NCBI GenBank assembly: GCA_050291365.1
Contig: JBNKJS010000004.1
Span: 84,307 to 148,306 of the forward strand
Source of the DNA: Sedimenticolaceae bacterium
GTDB taxonomy: Bacteria > Pseudomonadota > Gammaproteobacteria > Chromatiales > Chromatiaceae
DNA: 64,000 nucleotides
Direction of reading: 5' to 3'
Made by a program: the position numbers and the translations under genes. This document shows positions 40,833 to 50,348 of this stretch, piece by piece (the stretch's first letter is position 1; every line of letters begins with the position of its first letter). A model generated the notes under the pieces. The model worked only from the letters and a program-made list of their open reading frames with translations. It was not told the origin of the DNA and searched no databases.

Positions 40833-42353
40833 AATATGACAGGTAGTTCTACATACACCAGCGGGAATTCACCCCAAAAGATACTGTTTGCCGCCAGCGA
40901 GGCCCAACCACTGATAAAAACAGGTGGTCTGGCCGATGTGGCAGGGAGCCTGCCCAAGGCCCTGAGCGAATTAGGCCTGGATGTGCGTCTAATACTACCC
41001 GCATATCCACAGGCGGTGGAACGGGCGATTCCGCTGGAAACAGTCGCCACATTCAAAATCAGCGGCGTATCTGAACCTGTGCGTATCCTGGAACAGAGGG
41101 TAGAGGGAAAGTTACATGTCTATCTTGTGGATGCCCCAGGAATGTTCAGCCGCCCTGGTAATCCATACACAGAGGCGTCTGGACGGCCATGGACCGACAA
41201 CGCCCAACGCTTTGCCCTATTCTGCCGCACCGTGGTCAGAGTTGCCATGGATCAGGCTGGACTGGGTTGGTGTCCTGATGTGGTGCACTGCAATGACTGG
41301 CAGACCGGCTTGATTCCGGCCCTACTGGCCCAGGAGTGGGATCGTCCAGCCACCATATTCACCATCCACAATCTCTCCTATCAAGGAATGTACGATTCAT
41401 CAACCTTCGACCAACTAATGTTGCCAGAACAGTTTTGGACACCGGATGGCTTGGAGTTTCATGACAACTTCTCATTTATTAAAGGCGGACTTGTGTTTGC
41501 TGACTGGCTGACCACAGTAAGTCATACCTACGCTAAAGAGATACGCACAGAGGAGTTCGGCTATGGTCTAGAGGATCTGCTGGAACATCGCGCCGACAGA
41601 TTGATTGGAGTCCTCAACGGTATTGATTATCAGATCTGGAACCCGGCCACCGATATTCATATTGATCACAACTACGACTTTAACAGCTTTGAGAAAAAAC
41701 AGGCGAATAAGCTAAGTCTGCAAAAGGAACTAGGTCTGGAGGAAAACCAGGAAGCCATGCTGTTTGGAAATATCGGACGCATTGTTGAGCAGAAAGGGAT
41801 CGATATGATCATCGATATCCTGCCCAAAATGATGCAGAAGAGGGATATTCAACTAGTCGTTCTTGGTAGCGGTGAAGAACATCTGGAACAGGCCTTGGAG
41901 ACTGCTGCACAAAAGTTCCCCGACAGATGCGTGGTCAACATTGGTTATGACGAACATCTTGCACATCGCATCGAGGCGGGGTGTGACTGTTTTCTGATGC
42001 CTTCCCGTTTCGAGCCATGCGGTCTAAATCAGTTGTTCAGTCTACGTTATGGCACTGTTCCCATCGTAAACCGTACCGGCGGACTGGCAGATACAGTAAG
42101 GAACCTGGACCCCTCATCCATGCTTAATGACACAGCCACCGGTTTTGCTACTGATAAACCTGACGCCGACTCCCTATTTGTTGCAGTGAACCGAGCCATA
42201 GAGTATTACCGCCGCCCTGGTATGTGGTGGGAAAAACTTGCTATTCACGGGATGAAGCAGGACTTCAGCTGGGGCTCCAGCGCCGCTCACTACCTGGAGA
42301 TATACGCTAAAGCGATGGATGCTCCCGCGAAGAATCCGATAGCCGCGGCCTAG
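40833..42353 (+). CDS. glgA: Glycogen synthase (ADP-glucose type, GT5)
   Basis: ILFAASEAQPLIKTGGLADV signature. ATG 40833 is preferred over the track's TTG at 40803. Confidence 0.93.
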   Translation, partial: NMTGSSTYTSGNSPQKILFAASEAQPLIKTGGLADVAGSLPKALSELGLDVRLILPAYPQAVERAIPLETVATFKISGVSEPVRILEQRVEGKLHVYLVDAPGMFSRPGNPYTEASGRPWTDNAQRFALFCRTVVRVAMDQAGLGWCPDVVHCNDWQTGLIPALLAQEWDRPATIFTIHNLSYQGMYDSSTFDQLMLPEQFWTPDGLEFHDNFSFIKGGLVFADWLTTVSHTYAKEIRTEEFGYGLEDLLEHRADRLIGVLNGIDYQIWNPATDIHIDHNYDFNSFEKKQANKLSLQKELGLEENQEAMLFGNIGRIVEQKGIDMIIDILPKMMQKRDIQLVVLGSGEEHLEQALETAAQKFPDRCVVNIGYDEHLAHRIEAGCDCFLMPSRFEPCGLNQLFSLRYGTVPIVNRTGGLADTVRNLDPSSMLNDTATGFATDKPDADSLFVAVNRAIEYYRRPGMWWEKLAIHGMKQDFSWGSSAAHYLEIYAKAMDAPAKNPIAAA

Positions 42354-42487
42354 CCAGTATGTTGCACTAAGGCAGACACCGCTTTATGGAATCTTCGGTT
42401 ATGCAACAGGCTAGAGATATTCCCTGTTATTTAGAAAAACCGCGATTTACCCTGACCCCTTCACGCAGCATACGGCAAAAATTGCAC

Positions 42488-42518
42488 AAAAAAACGGCGC
42501 CCAACAGCGCCGTTTTTA
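42488..42518. terminator. Bidirectional rho-independent terminator between glgA and panD
   Basis: AAAAAAACGGCGC-CCAACA-GCGCCGTTTTT: a GC stem flanked by an A-tract and a T-tract. Confidence 0.8.
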
Positions 42519-42534
42519 ATTCCTTCCTTGCGGA

Positions 42535-42915
42535 TCAGGCCACCTGGGTTGCGATTGCGTCTCCGGTGTGTGTCACCACGTTATGCTCGTTCAGGTATAC
42601 CAGGCTTGGCTTGTAGCTAGCTGCCGCCTCCTGGTCCATACCGGCATAGGCGCATATGATTACCCTGTCACCTGGGGTGGCTTTGTGTGCCGCTGCCCCA
42701 TTTACCGAGATAATTCTAGAGCCGGCCTCCGCCTCTATGGCATAGGTGGTAAAGCGTTCACCATTTGCAATATTGTAAATCTGAATCTGCTCGTACGGTA
42801 AAATTCCAGCCAGTTCCATCAGGTCCGTATCAATAGCACAAGATCCCTCATAATCCAGTTCTGCATGGGTAACGCAAGCGCGGTGCAACTTGCATTTGAG
42901 AACGGTTAACTGCAT
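42535..42915 (-). CDS. panD: Aspartate 1-decarboxylase
   Basis: 126 aa. [29 protein letters not shown] contains the Gly-Ser self-processing site. Confidence 0.95.
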   Translation of the reverse strand: MQLTVLKCKLHRACVTHAELDYEGSCAIDTDLMELAGILPYEQIQIYNIANGERFTTYAIEAEAGSRIISVNGAAAHKATPGDRVIICAYAGMDQEAAASYKPSLVYLNEHNVVTHTGDAIATQVA

Positions 42916-42994
42916 CTGCTAAAAGCTCCTAAATAAATCCCAGTAAATCAGGCGCGTAATTATGCTCTATCCGCAGCCAATCATCAAACCAGAT

Positions 42995-43852
42995 CTAACA
43001 TTTGGCAGCAAAAACAGGGAGATTGTCGATTAGACGTGCCTTACCTAAATATGCTGCCGCCACAATAACTAGACTCTGGTCAGCAGCAGTTGGTTCCAAA
43101 AGATCATCTGCCCTGCGTATAAAGTAATAGTCTGGGCTAAATCCTGCTTTTTCAAGAGCTTGCTTAGCCTCTTGCTCAAGTTTAGCGTAATCTCTCTTCC
43201 CTGGCTCTATCGCATCTGCCGTAGCCTGCATGATCCGAAACAGCTCTGGGGCCTGTTTTCTCTCCTGAGCAGTCAGATATCCATTGCGGGAACTCATGGC
43301 CAAGCCATCCTCCTCCCTTACGGTGGGAACACCTATTATCTCTACTGGAATGCAGAGATCATCCACCATACGGCGAATCACCATCAGCTGCTGATAATCC
43401 TTCTGGCCAAACAGGGCAATATCTGGCTGAACCATATTGAATAGCTTACAAACCACTGTGGCCACACCCACGAAGTGTCCAGGTCGAGAGGCCCCGCATA
43501 GGATATCCGAGATGCCTGGCACCTCTACTTTAGTTTGAAGTCGCTGGGGACCGGAGTAGACCTCCTCCACAGAGGGTGCAAACAGCAGATCAGCCCCTGT
43601 CTCCACCAGGGCGCTGGAGTCCTGCTGCATAGTCCTGGGATAACTTTCGAAGTCTTCTCCTGCACCAAACTGCAATGGATTGACAAATATAGTGACCACC
43701 ACCCTATCTGCCATCTCTCGGGCCTGGCGCACCAGGGTCAGATGTCCTGCATGCAGATTACCCATAGTTGGAACCAGGGCGATGCGCTCCCCGGCCATGC
43801 GCCACTCTCTGACCTGCTCGCGCAGATCAGCAATGGTATTTAGAGTTATCAT
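42995..43852 (-). CDS. panC: Pantoate--beta-alanine ligase
   Basis: 285 aa. [19 protein letters not shown]-type motif. The start overlaps the panB stop by 4 nt. Confidence 0.95.
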   Translation of the reverse strand: MITLNTIADLREQVREWRMAGERIALVPTMGNLHAGHLTLVRQAREMADRVVVTIFVNPLQFGAGEDFESYPRTMQQDSSALVETGADLLFAPSVEEVYSGPQRLQTKVEVPGISDILCGASRPGHFVGVATVVCKLFNMVQPDIALFGQKDYQQLMVIRRMVDDLCIPVEIIGVPTVREEDGLAMSSRNGYLTAQERKQAPELFRIMQATADAIEPGKRDYAKLEQEAKQALEKAGFSPDYYFIRRADDLLEPTAADQSLVIVAAAYLGKARLIDNLPVFAAKC

Positions 43853-44646
43853 CCGTAGCTCTCGTCCACGGTAGGGTAAGAGCCATCCTTGACCGCCTTT
43901 ACATATGCCTCCAGCGCGCCCTTAACCGTGTCGGCCTGTTGCAAAAAGTTGCGGCTGAACTTGGGGAGATAGTCTGTACTAATACCCAGCATATCGTATA
44001 AGACCAGCACCTGCCCGTCGGTGTCTGCTCCTGCACCTATGCCAATTACCGGAATATCCAGTGCCTGGGTAATATCCGCGCCCAGGCCCCTGGGGATGCA
44101 CTCCAACACCAGCATCTGAGCACCTGCCTGCTGTAGGGCCAGGGCCTCTTCCTGCATGATGCGTGCTGAATCATAATCTTTACCCTGTACCCGGTACCCG
44201 CCCAGTTGATGCACCGACTGTGGCGTCAGTCCAAGATGAGCGCAGACTGGAATACCGTTTCTGGTAAGCTCCTTTACCGTCTCAAGCTGGGTGGTGCCGC
44301 CCTCCAGCTTGACCATGTGTGCGCCGCCATCTTTCATCAACCTGCCAGCACTCTCCAGGGCCTGGGCGGTAGAACTGTAACTCATGAACGGCATATCAGC
44401 GATAAGAAAGGCGCTGGTGCGTGCCCGTGAGACATTTTTGCTGTGGTAGACAACGTCAGCCACAGATACCGGCAGGGTACTCTCCTGCCCCTGTATCACC
44501 ATGCCGAGGGAATCTCCCACCAGCATCACCTCCACCCCTGCTGCCTCTATCAGCCTGGTAAAGCTGGCGTCATAGCTTGTCAGCACGGCGATCTTTTCGC
44601 CCTGCCGTTTCATCTCGTTCAATGTATTGATAGTGATATCTGGCAT
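43849..44646 (-). CDS. panB: 3-methyl-2-oxobutanoate hydroxymethyltransferase
   Basis: 265 aa. LTSYDASF...VGDSLGMV signature. Confidence 0.95.
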   Translation of the reverse strand: MPDITINTLNEMKRQGEKIAVLTSYDASFTRLIEAAGVEVMLVGDSLGMVIQGQESTLPVSVADVVYHSKNVSRARTSAFLIADMPFMSYSSTAQALESAGRLMKDGGAHMVKLEGGTTQLETVKELTRNGIPVCAHLGLTPQSVHQLGGYRVQGKDYDSARIMQEEALALQQAGAQMLVLECIPRGLGADITQALDIPVIGIGAGADTDGQVLVLYDMLGISTDYLPKFSRNFLQQADTVKGALEAYVKAVKDGSYPTVDESYG

Positions 44647-44703
44647 TGTGGCCCTTCAGCCTCCATTTGAGTCTGCGCCCTGTTCTTATTTCATACTGGA
44701 TAA

Positions 44704-45363
44704 TTAAAGCAGTAGCGGGCCTGGATTGAAATAGTGCTTGCCGCTGCGAACACTGCAGATCTGCTCCAGTAACATCTGGTAATCCTCTTCCCGCTCTACA
44801 GGGTTGATCTCGGCCGCGTTTATGATCAAAAGTGGTGAATCATCATAGTGATGGAAGAACTCTGCATAGGCATCTCCAAGTCTTTGCAGATAGTCGAGAC
44901 CCAGCCCCATCTCACTTGACCTGGAGCGGCCACGCACTCGTCTCTGTAACACCTCGGCCGGCGCTTGCAGATAAACCACAAGATCAGGCACCGGCGCCTC
45001 GGGATTCAGTTTTTCGTACACCTTCTCATACAGCTCGAACTCATCCTTATCCAGATTGAGGCGGGCAAAGATCCGATCCTTCTCCAGCATGAAATCTGCC
45101 ACCATGGCTGCGTGAAACAGGTCCCGATTCCTTAGCTCCTGTAGCTGTTGACTGCGCTGAAACAGAAAGAAAAGTTGGGTGGGAAAGGCCGATTTTTGCC
45201 CATCCATGTAAAAACGCTCAAGAAAGGGGTTCTCTTCTGGCTTCTCCATCAATGTTCCACAACCAAAGCTTTCCGCCAGACGATTAACCAGACTGGTCTT
45301 GCCAACCCCAATCGGTCCCTCAACTACAACATAGCCAGGAGGCGTTAACTCTCTGTTACTCAT
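44704..45363 (-). CDS. Deoxynucleoside kinase family protein
   Basis: 219 aa. P-loop EGPIGVGKTS, DRIFA (ERS/DRx-like) motif, and an Arg-rich lid RRVRGRSRSSE. ATGA overlap with the folK stop. Confidence 0.8.
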   Translation of the reverse strand: MSNRELTPPGYVVVEGPIGVGKTSLVNRLAESFGCGTLMEKPEENPFLERFYMDGQKSAFPTQLFFLFQRSQQLQELRNRDLFHAAMVADFMLEKDRIFARLNLDKDEFELYEKVYEKLNPEAPVPDLVVYLQAPAEVLQRRVRGRSRSSEMGLGLDYLQRLGDAYAEFFHHYDDSPLLIINAAEINPVEREEDYQMLLEQICSVRSGKHYFNPGPLLL

Positions 45364-45887
45364 ATTCTTTTCAGCAAATCCGCAGAATAGTCTTTCATCA
45401 AATCGGATATCGCACCACGGCCTGGTATCTCCAGATCCGGAGCAATCTCATATAACGGATATAACACAAATGCCCGCTCATGCATGCCTGGATGTGGCAC
45501 CTTCAAATCCGGCGTATCAATTATTGTTGAGCCATATAGTAACAAATCCAGGTCTAGGGTTCGCGCCCCCCAGTGTTCATCTCGAACACGACCATGGGCC
45601 GTCTCTACCGCCTGCAACTCGGTCAGCAACTTTTCGGGACTAAGCATGGTATTAACCCTAGCTACCGCATTCACATAGTCTGGCTGATCCAGACCACCCA
45701 TAGGTCTACTCTGGTAGAGACTTGAGTGACTGTCAAAATCAGTTTCAGGCAATTCTGCCAACTCTGCAATAGCCCTACTCACCTGATCCGCCGGGTTATC
45801 TAGATTGCTGCCAAAGCCGATATAAGCGGCAACCATAGCACTATTTTCCGTCCTGGAACATATGCTGTTTCCGCTCTCAGCAATCAT
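45360..45887 (-). CDS. folK: 2-amino-4-hydroxy-6-hydroxymethyldihydropteridine diphosphokinase
   Basis: HPPK pattern (YIGFGSNL...RWGPRTLDLDLL-like: HWGARTLDLDLLLYG, PHPGMHERAFVL). ATG 45887 overlaps the pcnB stop (ATGA). An internal ATG at 45839 (MVAAYIGFGSNL) is the alternative start. Confidence 0.9.
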   Translation of the reverse strand: MIAESGNSICSRTENSAMVAAYIGFGSNLDNPADQVSRAIAELAELPETDFDSHSSLYQSRPMGGLDQPDYVNAVARVNTMLSPEKLLTELQAVETAHGRVRDEHWGARTLDLDLLLYGSTIIDTPDLKVPHPGMHERAFVLYPLYEIAPDLEIPGRGAISDLMKDYSADLLKRI

Positions 45888-47176
45888 CAGATATTACCTG
45901 AATCTTGACTGGCTGGGGACTTTCTCCTGCGGCGACGTCTGGGTCTTTTGGTCTTTACCAGAATATTGCGCTCTTCCTGGTTGAGCTCCTGAAATTCGGT
46001 CCACCACTTGGCCAACTCTGGGTCAGCCTCCCCTGACTCAGCCCGCAACAGCATAAAATCGTATGCGGCCCGAAAACGGGGATGAGACAGAAGCCGATGA
46101 GGTCGCTTGCCCTGTCTCTGTTCAAATCTATGCTGCAAACACCAAATATCACGCATCTGCAGACTAAAACGTTTTGGTATGGAGACAAACTGAATCTGCT
46201 CTGACAAGATCTCCGACGCAGCCTCCTGCATAGCCGGGTATGTGCTCTCACCGGTAGACATAATCGTATCAGCCAATCTTCGCACCGGCTCCCACAACAG
46301 TACTGCGAATAGAAATGCCGGGGCAACCGGTTTCTCCTCGCGCACTCTGGTATCGGTATTTTTCAGTCCATTCGCAACGAAGGTAATCGGGAACATGTTA
46401 TCTTCGTGTGTCAGGCACTCATCAGTAGCGGGGAATAGTTCGCGGAACAGATCATAATGGCGCAACTTCTCAAAGGCCTGCAGGGCCGTACCATAAAGGA
46501 ACAGCTTCAGCACCTCTTCAAACAGTCTGGCTGGAGGTATATCTTCCAGCAGACCACCCAGTCTAAAAATCGGCTCCTCACAGGCCGGGTTGATTCCAAA
46601 TCCAAGCTTGGAGGCAAATCTAACTGCCCGCAACATCCTTACCGGATCCTCACGATACCGCTGTTCCGGATCACCCAGCAGACGCAGCATACAGGACTCA
46701 AGATCCTGCATGCCATTGGTGTAATCAACTACGGAAAAGTCTTCGATATTGTAATAGAGGGCATTTACCGTAAAGTCGCGGCGCAGGGCATCCTCTTCGA
46801 TTGATCCGTAAACATTGTCCCGCAACAACATCCCGTTTTCAGTCTCCTGGTCTCCATCATTTGATGCGTCCTGCCCTGCCCTAAAAGTGGCGACCTCTAT
46901 CACCTCTCGCCCAAAATGGACGTGGGCCAGACGAAACCGGCGTCCGATCAAACGGCAATTGCGAAAGACCTTCTTTACATCTTCTGGATGGGCGTCTGTG
47001 GCTATATCAAAATCACTGGGTTCACGCCCAAGCAACAGATCCCGCACCCCGCCGCCAACAAGATATGCCTGATAACCTGACTTTTTGAGCCGATACAATA
47101 CCTTAAGCGCATTTTCGCTTATATTCTCACGGGAGATATTATGCTCTGAACGGGCAATTATTGTTGGAGTTACGAT
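45887..47176 (-). CDS. pcnB: Poly(A) polymerase I
   Basis: [28 protein letters not shown] and a basic C-terminus. The first canonical start (TTG 47098) would remove the conserved [15 protein letters not shown] segment, which is in frame upstream. No ATG, GTG or TTG exists between TTG 47098 and the in-frame stop at 47206..47204. The 5' end is therefore placed provisionally at ATC 47176 (AGGGA SD 7 nt upstream). ATA 47161 and ATT 47158 are alternatives. Confidence 0.88.
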   Translation of the reverse strand: [429 protein letters not shown]

Positions 47177-47271
47177 GGTACTATCCCTAACCTGTCTAAA
47201 TTCTTATCACTACTTTCCGGCAAACTATGTTAAAAGCTGCCATATCTAAAATAAAATAGCCACGCTTCGCC

Positions 47272-47299
47272 TTGAGACTAATTCTAGCATGGGTATAAT
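47272..47299 (+). promoter_or_regulatory. Sigma-70 promoter of tRNA-Glu
   Basis: TTGAGA-16 nt-TATAAT ends about 20 nt upstream of the mature tRNA 5' end. Confidence 0.6.
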
Positions 47300-47319
47300 A
47301 CACCTCCGCGTGTCATTAT

Positions 47320-47395
47320 GCTCCCTTCGTCTAGTGGCCTAGGACGCTGGCCTCTCACGCCGGTAACAGGGGTTCGAGTCCCCTAGGGAGTACCA
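47320..47395 (+). tRNA. tRNA-Glu (anticodon CUC)
   Basis: 76 nt: GCTCCCTTCGTCTAGTGGCCTAGGACGCTGGCCTCTCACGCCGGTAACAGGGGTTCGAGTCCCCTAGGGAGTACCA. It folds as a cloverleaf with a 7-bp acceptor stem (G1-U72 wobble), a Glu-type D-arm, anticodon loop CU-CUC-AC, GGTTCGAGTCC T-arm and an encoded CCA. It is near-identical in architecture to E. coli tRNA-Glu. Confidence 0.88.
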
Positions 47396-47404
47396 ATACA
47401 AAAA

Positions 47405-47431
47405 GGGCCTGCATATTTGCAGGCCCTTTTT
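47405..47431 (+). terminator. Rho-independent terminator after tRNA-Glu
   Basis: GGGCCTGCA-TATT-TGCAGGCCC followed by TTTTT, and preceded by an A-run, so it is potentially bidirectional. Confidence 0.8.
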
Positions 47432-47546
47432 CATTTCTCAACAATCACTACCAACAATCTATTATCAATATCTTGTTTTCCTTTTTCTGAAGGTAATTGC
47501 TAGTCTATAAACATACACTCATCAAGTTCTACCAACCAGCATAAAC

Positions 47547-47999
47547 ATGATACCTATGGGTAAAATGCAGATGACAATTGCACGATATTCATCCTATTAC
47601 CACGGGTGGTGCCTTGCATTTGGTGAGCACGATATCAGATATGACGAGAATCTAACCATTAACTGGGTTGAGGGTGAGTCTCAGATGGGATTCGTGCTTT
47701 CCAGCGACAAAACAAAACCACTTTATAGAGAGCTACTTAAACACAGAGATGAAATACCCATAGTTGACATCTCTGAAATCAGGGCAATAATCAATGAGTT
47801 AGAATATGTGTTCTCCAAGAAAGAGTTGTACGGAGCCAAAAGATTCATCGAATATGTGCAAAAACATAAAGTCTTGCATATGTTTCTCACCAGTCACTTC
47901 TGCTACCCGCCCCGCACCAGAATCGTCACCTTCTCACCAAAAAAACCACCAATAATCTTATATAAAGAGATAACGCCAATTAAATTGATAATTTCATAA
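47547..47999 (+). CDS. Hypothetical protein (AT-rich orphan next to the tRNA)
   Basis: 150 aa ORF in AT-rich DNA with no motif I recognise. Coding status is uncertain. Confidence 0.35.
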   Translation: MIPMGKMQMTIARYSSYYHGWCLAFGEHDIRYDENLTINWVEGESQMGFVLSSDKTKPLYRELLKHRDEIPIVDISEIRAIINELEYVFSKKELYGAKRFIEYVQKHKVLHMFLTSHFCYPPRTRIVTFSPKKPPIILYKEITPIKLIIS

Positions 48000-48370
48000 C
48001 CAATTTGGGGATAGAGTGATCATCCAAAAAAATAGACCTAATGATTTCCTTCCTCGCCGGATAGGCTGTTTTTTTAGTTAGTATTAAAATCTATAATAAA
48101 CCACGGTTTTATTATAGTGTAATATTTTTTTCTCCCCAGGAACAGCTATCACACTGTTCCTTATCCTGTTTTAGAGCAGTCATCGAAGCTAACTTAACCA
48201 CATATTTTGCTTGGTTATTAAACTCATAAAGTTAATTTATCGACTTTGTTTGACAGGTTTCAATTCCCTGTTTAGCTTTCAGCTTAAGATAGATGGGTAT
48301 CCCTCATGGCTGGGTTAAGAGGTTAATAATTGCAAAACAGCATGATCCTGATTATCACGAGGAGAGGAGT

Positions 48371-48778
48371 ATGGCTAAATTATTTTCTGACCAGTGGATG
48401 AATAACTTCATAGCTCTGTGGAACGCTGACAATGAGCTGGTTAACTCTCTTCAAGAGGTAGGATTCGGGAGCAATATTGGCTACGGCATTGAGAATGAAG
48501 ATGCACCTCATGTGGTAATTACGGTTGAAAATGGCGTCGCTACTGCCGCAGAGGCATACATTGGTCAGCCTCTCAACTGGGACATCCGCTGCAGCGAAGA
48601 ACAGTGGCAAAAGTGGATCTTAGAACCGCCAGGCATTTTAACTCTTGGACTGGCCTTTACCTCAGGCAAGGTGAAATTCAGGATAGGTGACTACGAATCC
48701 ATGCTGAATGATCCGCGCATGGCAGCCCCATTCATCAGACACTTTGCAGTGATGGGGAGAGCAGGAGCTGCACTCTAA
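48371..48778 (+). CDS. SCP2 (sterol-carrier-like) domain protein
   Basis: Start at ATG 48371 has a strong GAGGAGAGGAG SD. LFSDQWMNNFIALWN...LGLAFTSGKVKFRIGDYESMLN resembles SCP2-fold proteins. The track start at 48293 adds 26 residues. Confidence 0.5.
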   Translation: MAKLFSDQWMNNFIALWNADNELVNSLQEVGFGSNIGYGIENEDAPHVVITVENGVATAAEAYIGQPLNWDIRCSEEQWQKWILEPPGILTLGLAFTSGKVKFRIGDYESMLNDPRMAAPFIRHFAVMGRAGAAL

Positions 48779-48803
48779 TCTGGATAATCTAGTTAACATT
48801 ACT

Positions 48804-48834
48804 AAGGCAGTCACGTATGTGACTGCCTTTTCTT
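48804..48834 (+). terminator. Rho-independent terminator after the SCP2-like gene
   Basis: AAGGCAGTCAC-GTAT-GTGACTGCCTT followed by TTCTT. Confidence 0.7.
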
Positions 48835-48841
48835 ATGTCAC

Positions 48842-49528
48842 CTACCTGGTAATAAACTCTAGAATACTATTCATCAATTGATTAATTAATCCATAACGAT
48901 TTGTGTCTACCGAAAGTATCTCCTGTTCAGACTGCACATATCTATCAGGCATTAGCTCATCACGACAGTTATTGACCAACTCTCTTGCCGACTCTGGAGT
49001 AGTCTCAAGGTGAAACTGTAAACCAATCACCGAAGTACCCAATTGAAATGCCTGATTTTCACAGCCATCACTACTAGCCAGAAGAGCTGCATCTGGAGGC
49101 AGGTCAAAGGTCTCGCCATGCCAGTGGAATACCTGCGTGGAGGGAGGAAAGCTAAACAGAGTATCTTTATCATGAGAAACTCCCTGCACTGGAAACCAAC
49201 CGATCTCTGTATCGGCATTCTTGAAAACCCTAGCACCCATGGCACATGCTATAAGCTGCGCTCCCAGGCAAATCCCTAACATCGGTTTTCCCAGGTTGAT
49301 AGCATTACGAATAAACTCTTTTTCTGAGACAAGCCAGGGATACTCATCTTCATCATTGATACTCATGGGTCCACCCATGATTATTACAAGATCAATCTGA
49401 GCAAGATCAGGAAAGCTTACCGATTCATAGAGTTTTGATCTGGTTATTGAATACCCAGATGATTTAAGCCATGCCTCTATACTACCAAGACCTTCAAAAG
49501 GGACGTGTTGTAGGTAATGGGCTCGCAT
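48842..49528 (-). CDS. Class I glutamine amidotransferase-like protein
   Basis: 228 aa. Nucleophile elbow GICLGAQL, and a downstream HWHGETF. Confidence 0.8.
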   Translation of the reverse strand: MRAHYLQHVPFEGLGSIEAWLKSSGYSITRSKLYESVSFPDLAQIDLVIIMGGPMSINDEDEYPWLVSEKEFIRNAINLGKPMLGICLGAQLIACAMGARVFKNADTEIGWFPVQGVSHDKDTLFSFPPSTQVFHWHGETFDLPPDAALLASSDGCENQAFQLGTSVIGLQFHLETTPESARELVNNCRDELMPDRYVQSEQEILSVDTNRYGLINQLMNSILEFITR

Positions 49529-49563
49529 GTGAATTATCTAGTAAAAAGGCACGAGTCTATAAT

Positions 49564-50322
49564 TTATATTTCAAACAACCTTCTGACCCTTTCCAAATCA
49601 TCCGCCGTATCTATACCGTGCCCCGGCTCTTGCTGCGCCTCACTAACATGGATACAGCCGCCGTGGGATAACACTCGCAACTGTTCCAGTGACTCGGTCT
49701 GCTCCAATACGGATGGAGGTAGGTTTATGTATTTATCCAGATAACCGGCGCGGTATGCGTAGACACCGATATGTCTGAAAAATGTAGTATCTTGGGGCAG
49801 AGGTCTATCCTGATGGACAAATTCATCTCTATGCCAGGGAATGGGGGCACGGCTAAAGTAGAGGGCATAACCTTCTGCATCTGTTACTACCTTTACCACA
49901 TTGGGATCGAATAGCTGCTCCCGCTCCTCTATTGGAGTTGATAGAGTGGTCATGTCAGCCCGTTGGTGATTTTCCATATCCTGCGCCACCTGATACGCCA
50001 GAGCTGCCGGCATGGTTGGTTCATCGCCTTGAATATTGACCACAATGGCATCATCCGGCCAACCCATAGATCGAACCACCTCGGTGATACGGTCCGTTCC
50101 GCTGCGATGGGTCTCAGCGGTCATGCATACCTGAGCTCCAAAGCCCTTAGCAGCATCTAGGATACGCTGGTCATCGGTGGCAATTACCACAGCAGAGGCA
50201 TTGGATTCACAGGCACTCTCATACACCCGCTGTATCATGGGCTTGCCGCCTATATCCAGCAGCGGTTTCCCTGGTAGTCTAGTGGATGCATAGCGCGCTG
50301 GTATGACTATCTTGAAGTCCAT
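49564..50322 (-). CDS. kdsB: 3-deoxy-manno-octulosonate cytidylyltransferase
   Basis: 252 aa. IPARYASTRLPGKPL signature. Confidence 0.95.
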   Translation of the reverse strand: MDFKIVIPARYASTRLPGKPLLDIGGKPMIQRVYESACESNASAVVIATDDQRILDAAKGFGAQVCMTAETHRSGTDRITEVVRSMGWPDDAIVVNIQGDEPTMPAALAYQVAQDMENHQRADMTTLSTPIEEREQLFDPNVVKVVTDAEGYALYFSRAPIPWHRDEFVHQDRPLPQDTTFFRHIGVYAYRAGYLDKYINLPPSVLEQTESLEQLRVLSHGGCIHVSEAQQEPGHGIDTADDLERVRRLFEI

Positions 50323-50348
50323 ATTAGCCCCGATGAGAATATCGGTAA

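Noticed and set aside
47396-48292. A possible tRNA-associated genomic island or prophage remnant downstream of tRNA-Glu.
   Set aside because: There is no integrase, excisionase, transposase or phage gene, and I could not find a direct repeat of the tRNA 3' end by eye. I keep only the composition anomaly and palindromes as a low-key finding.
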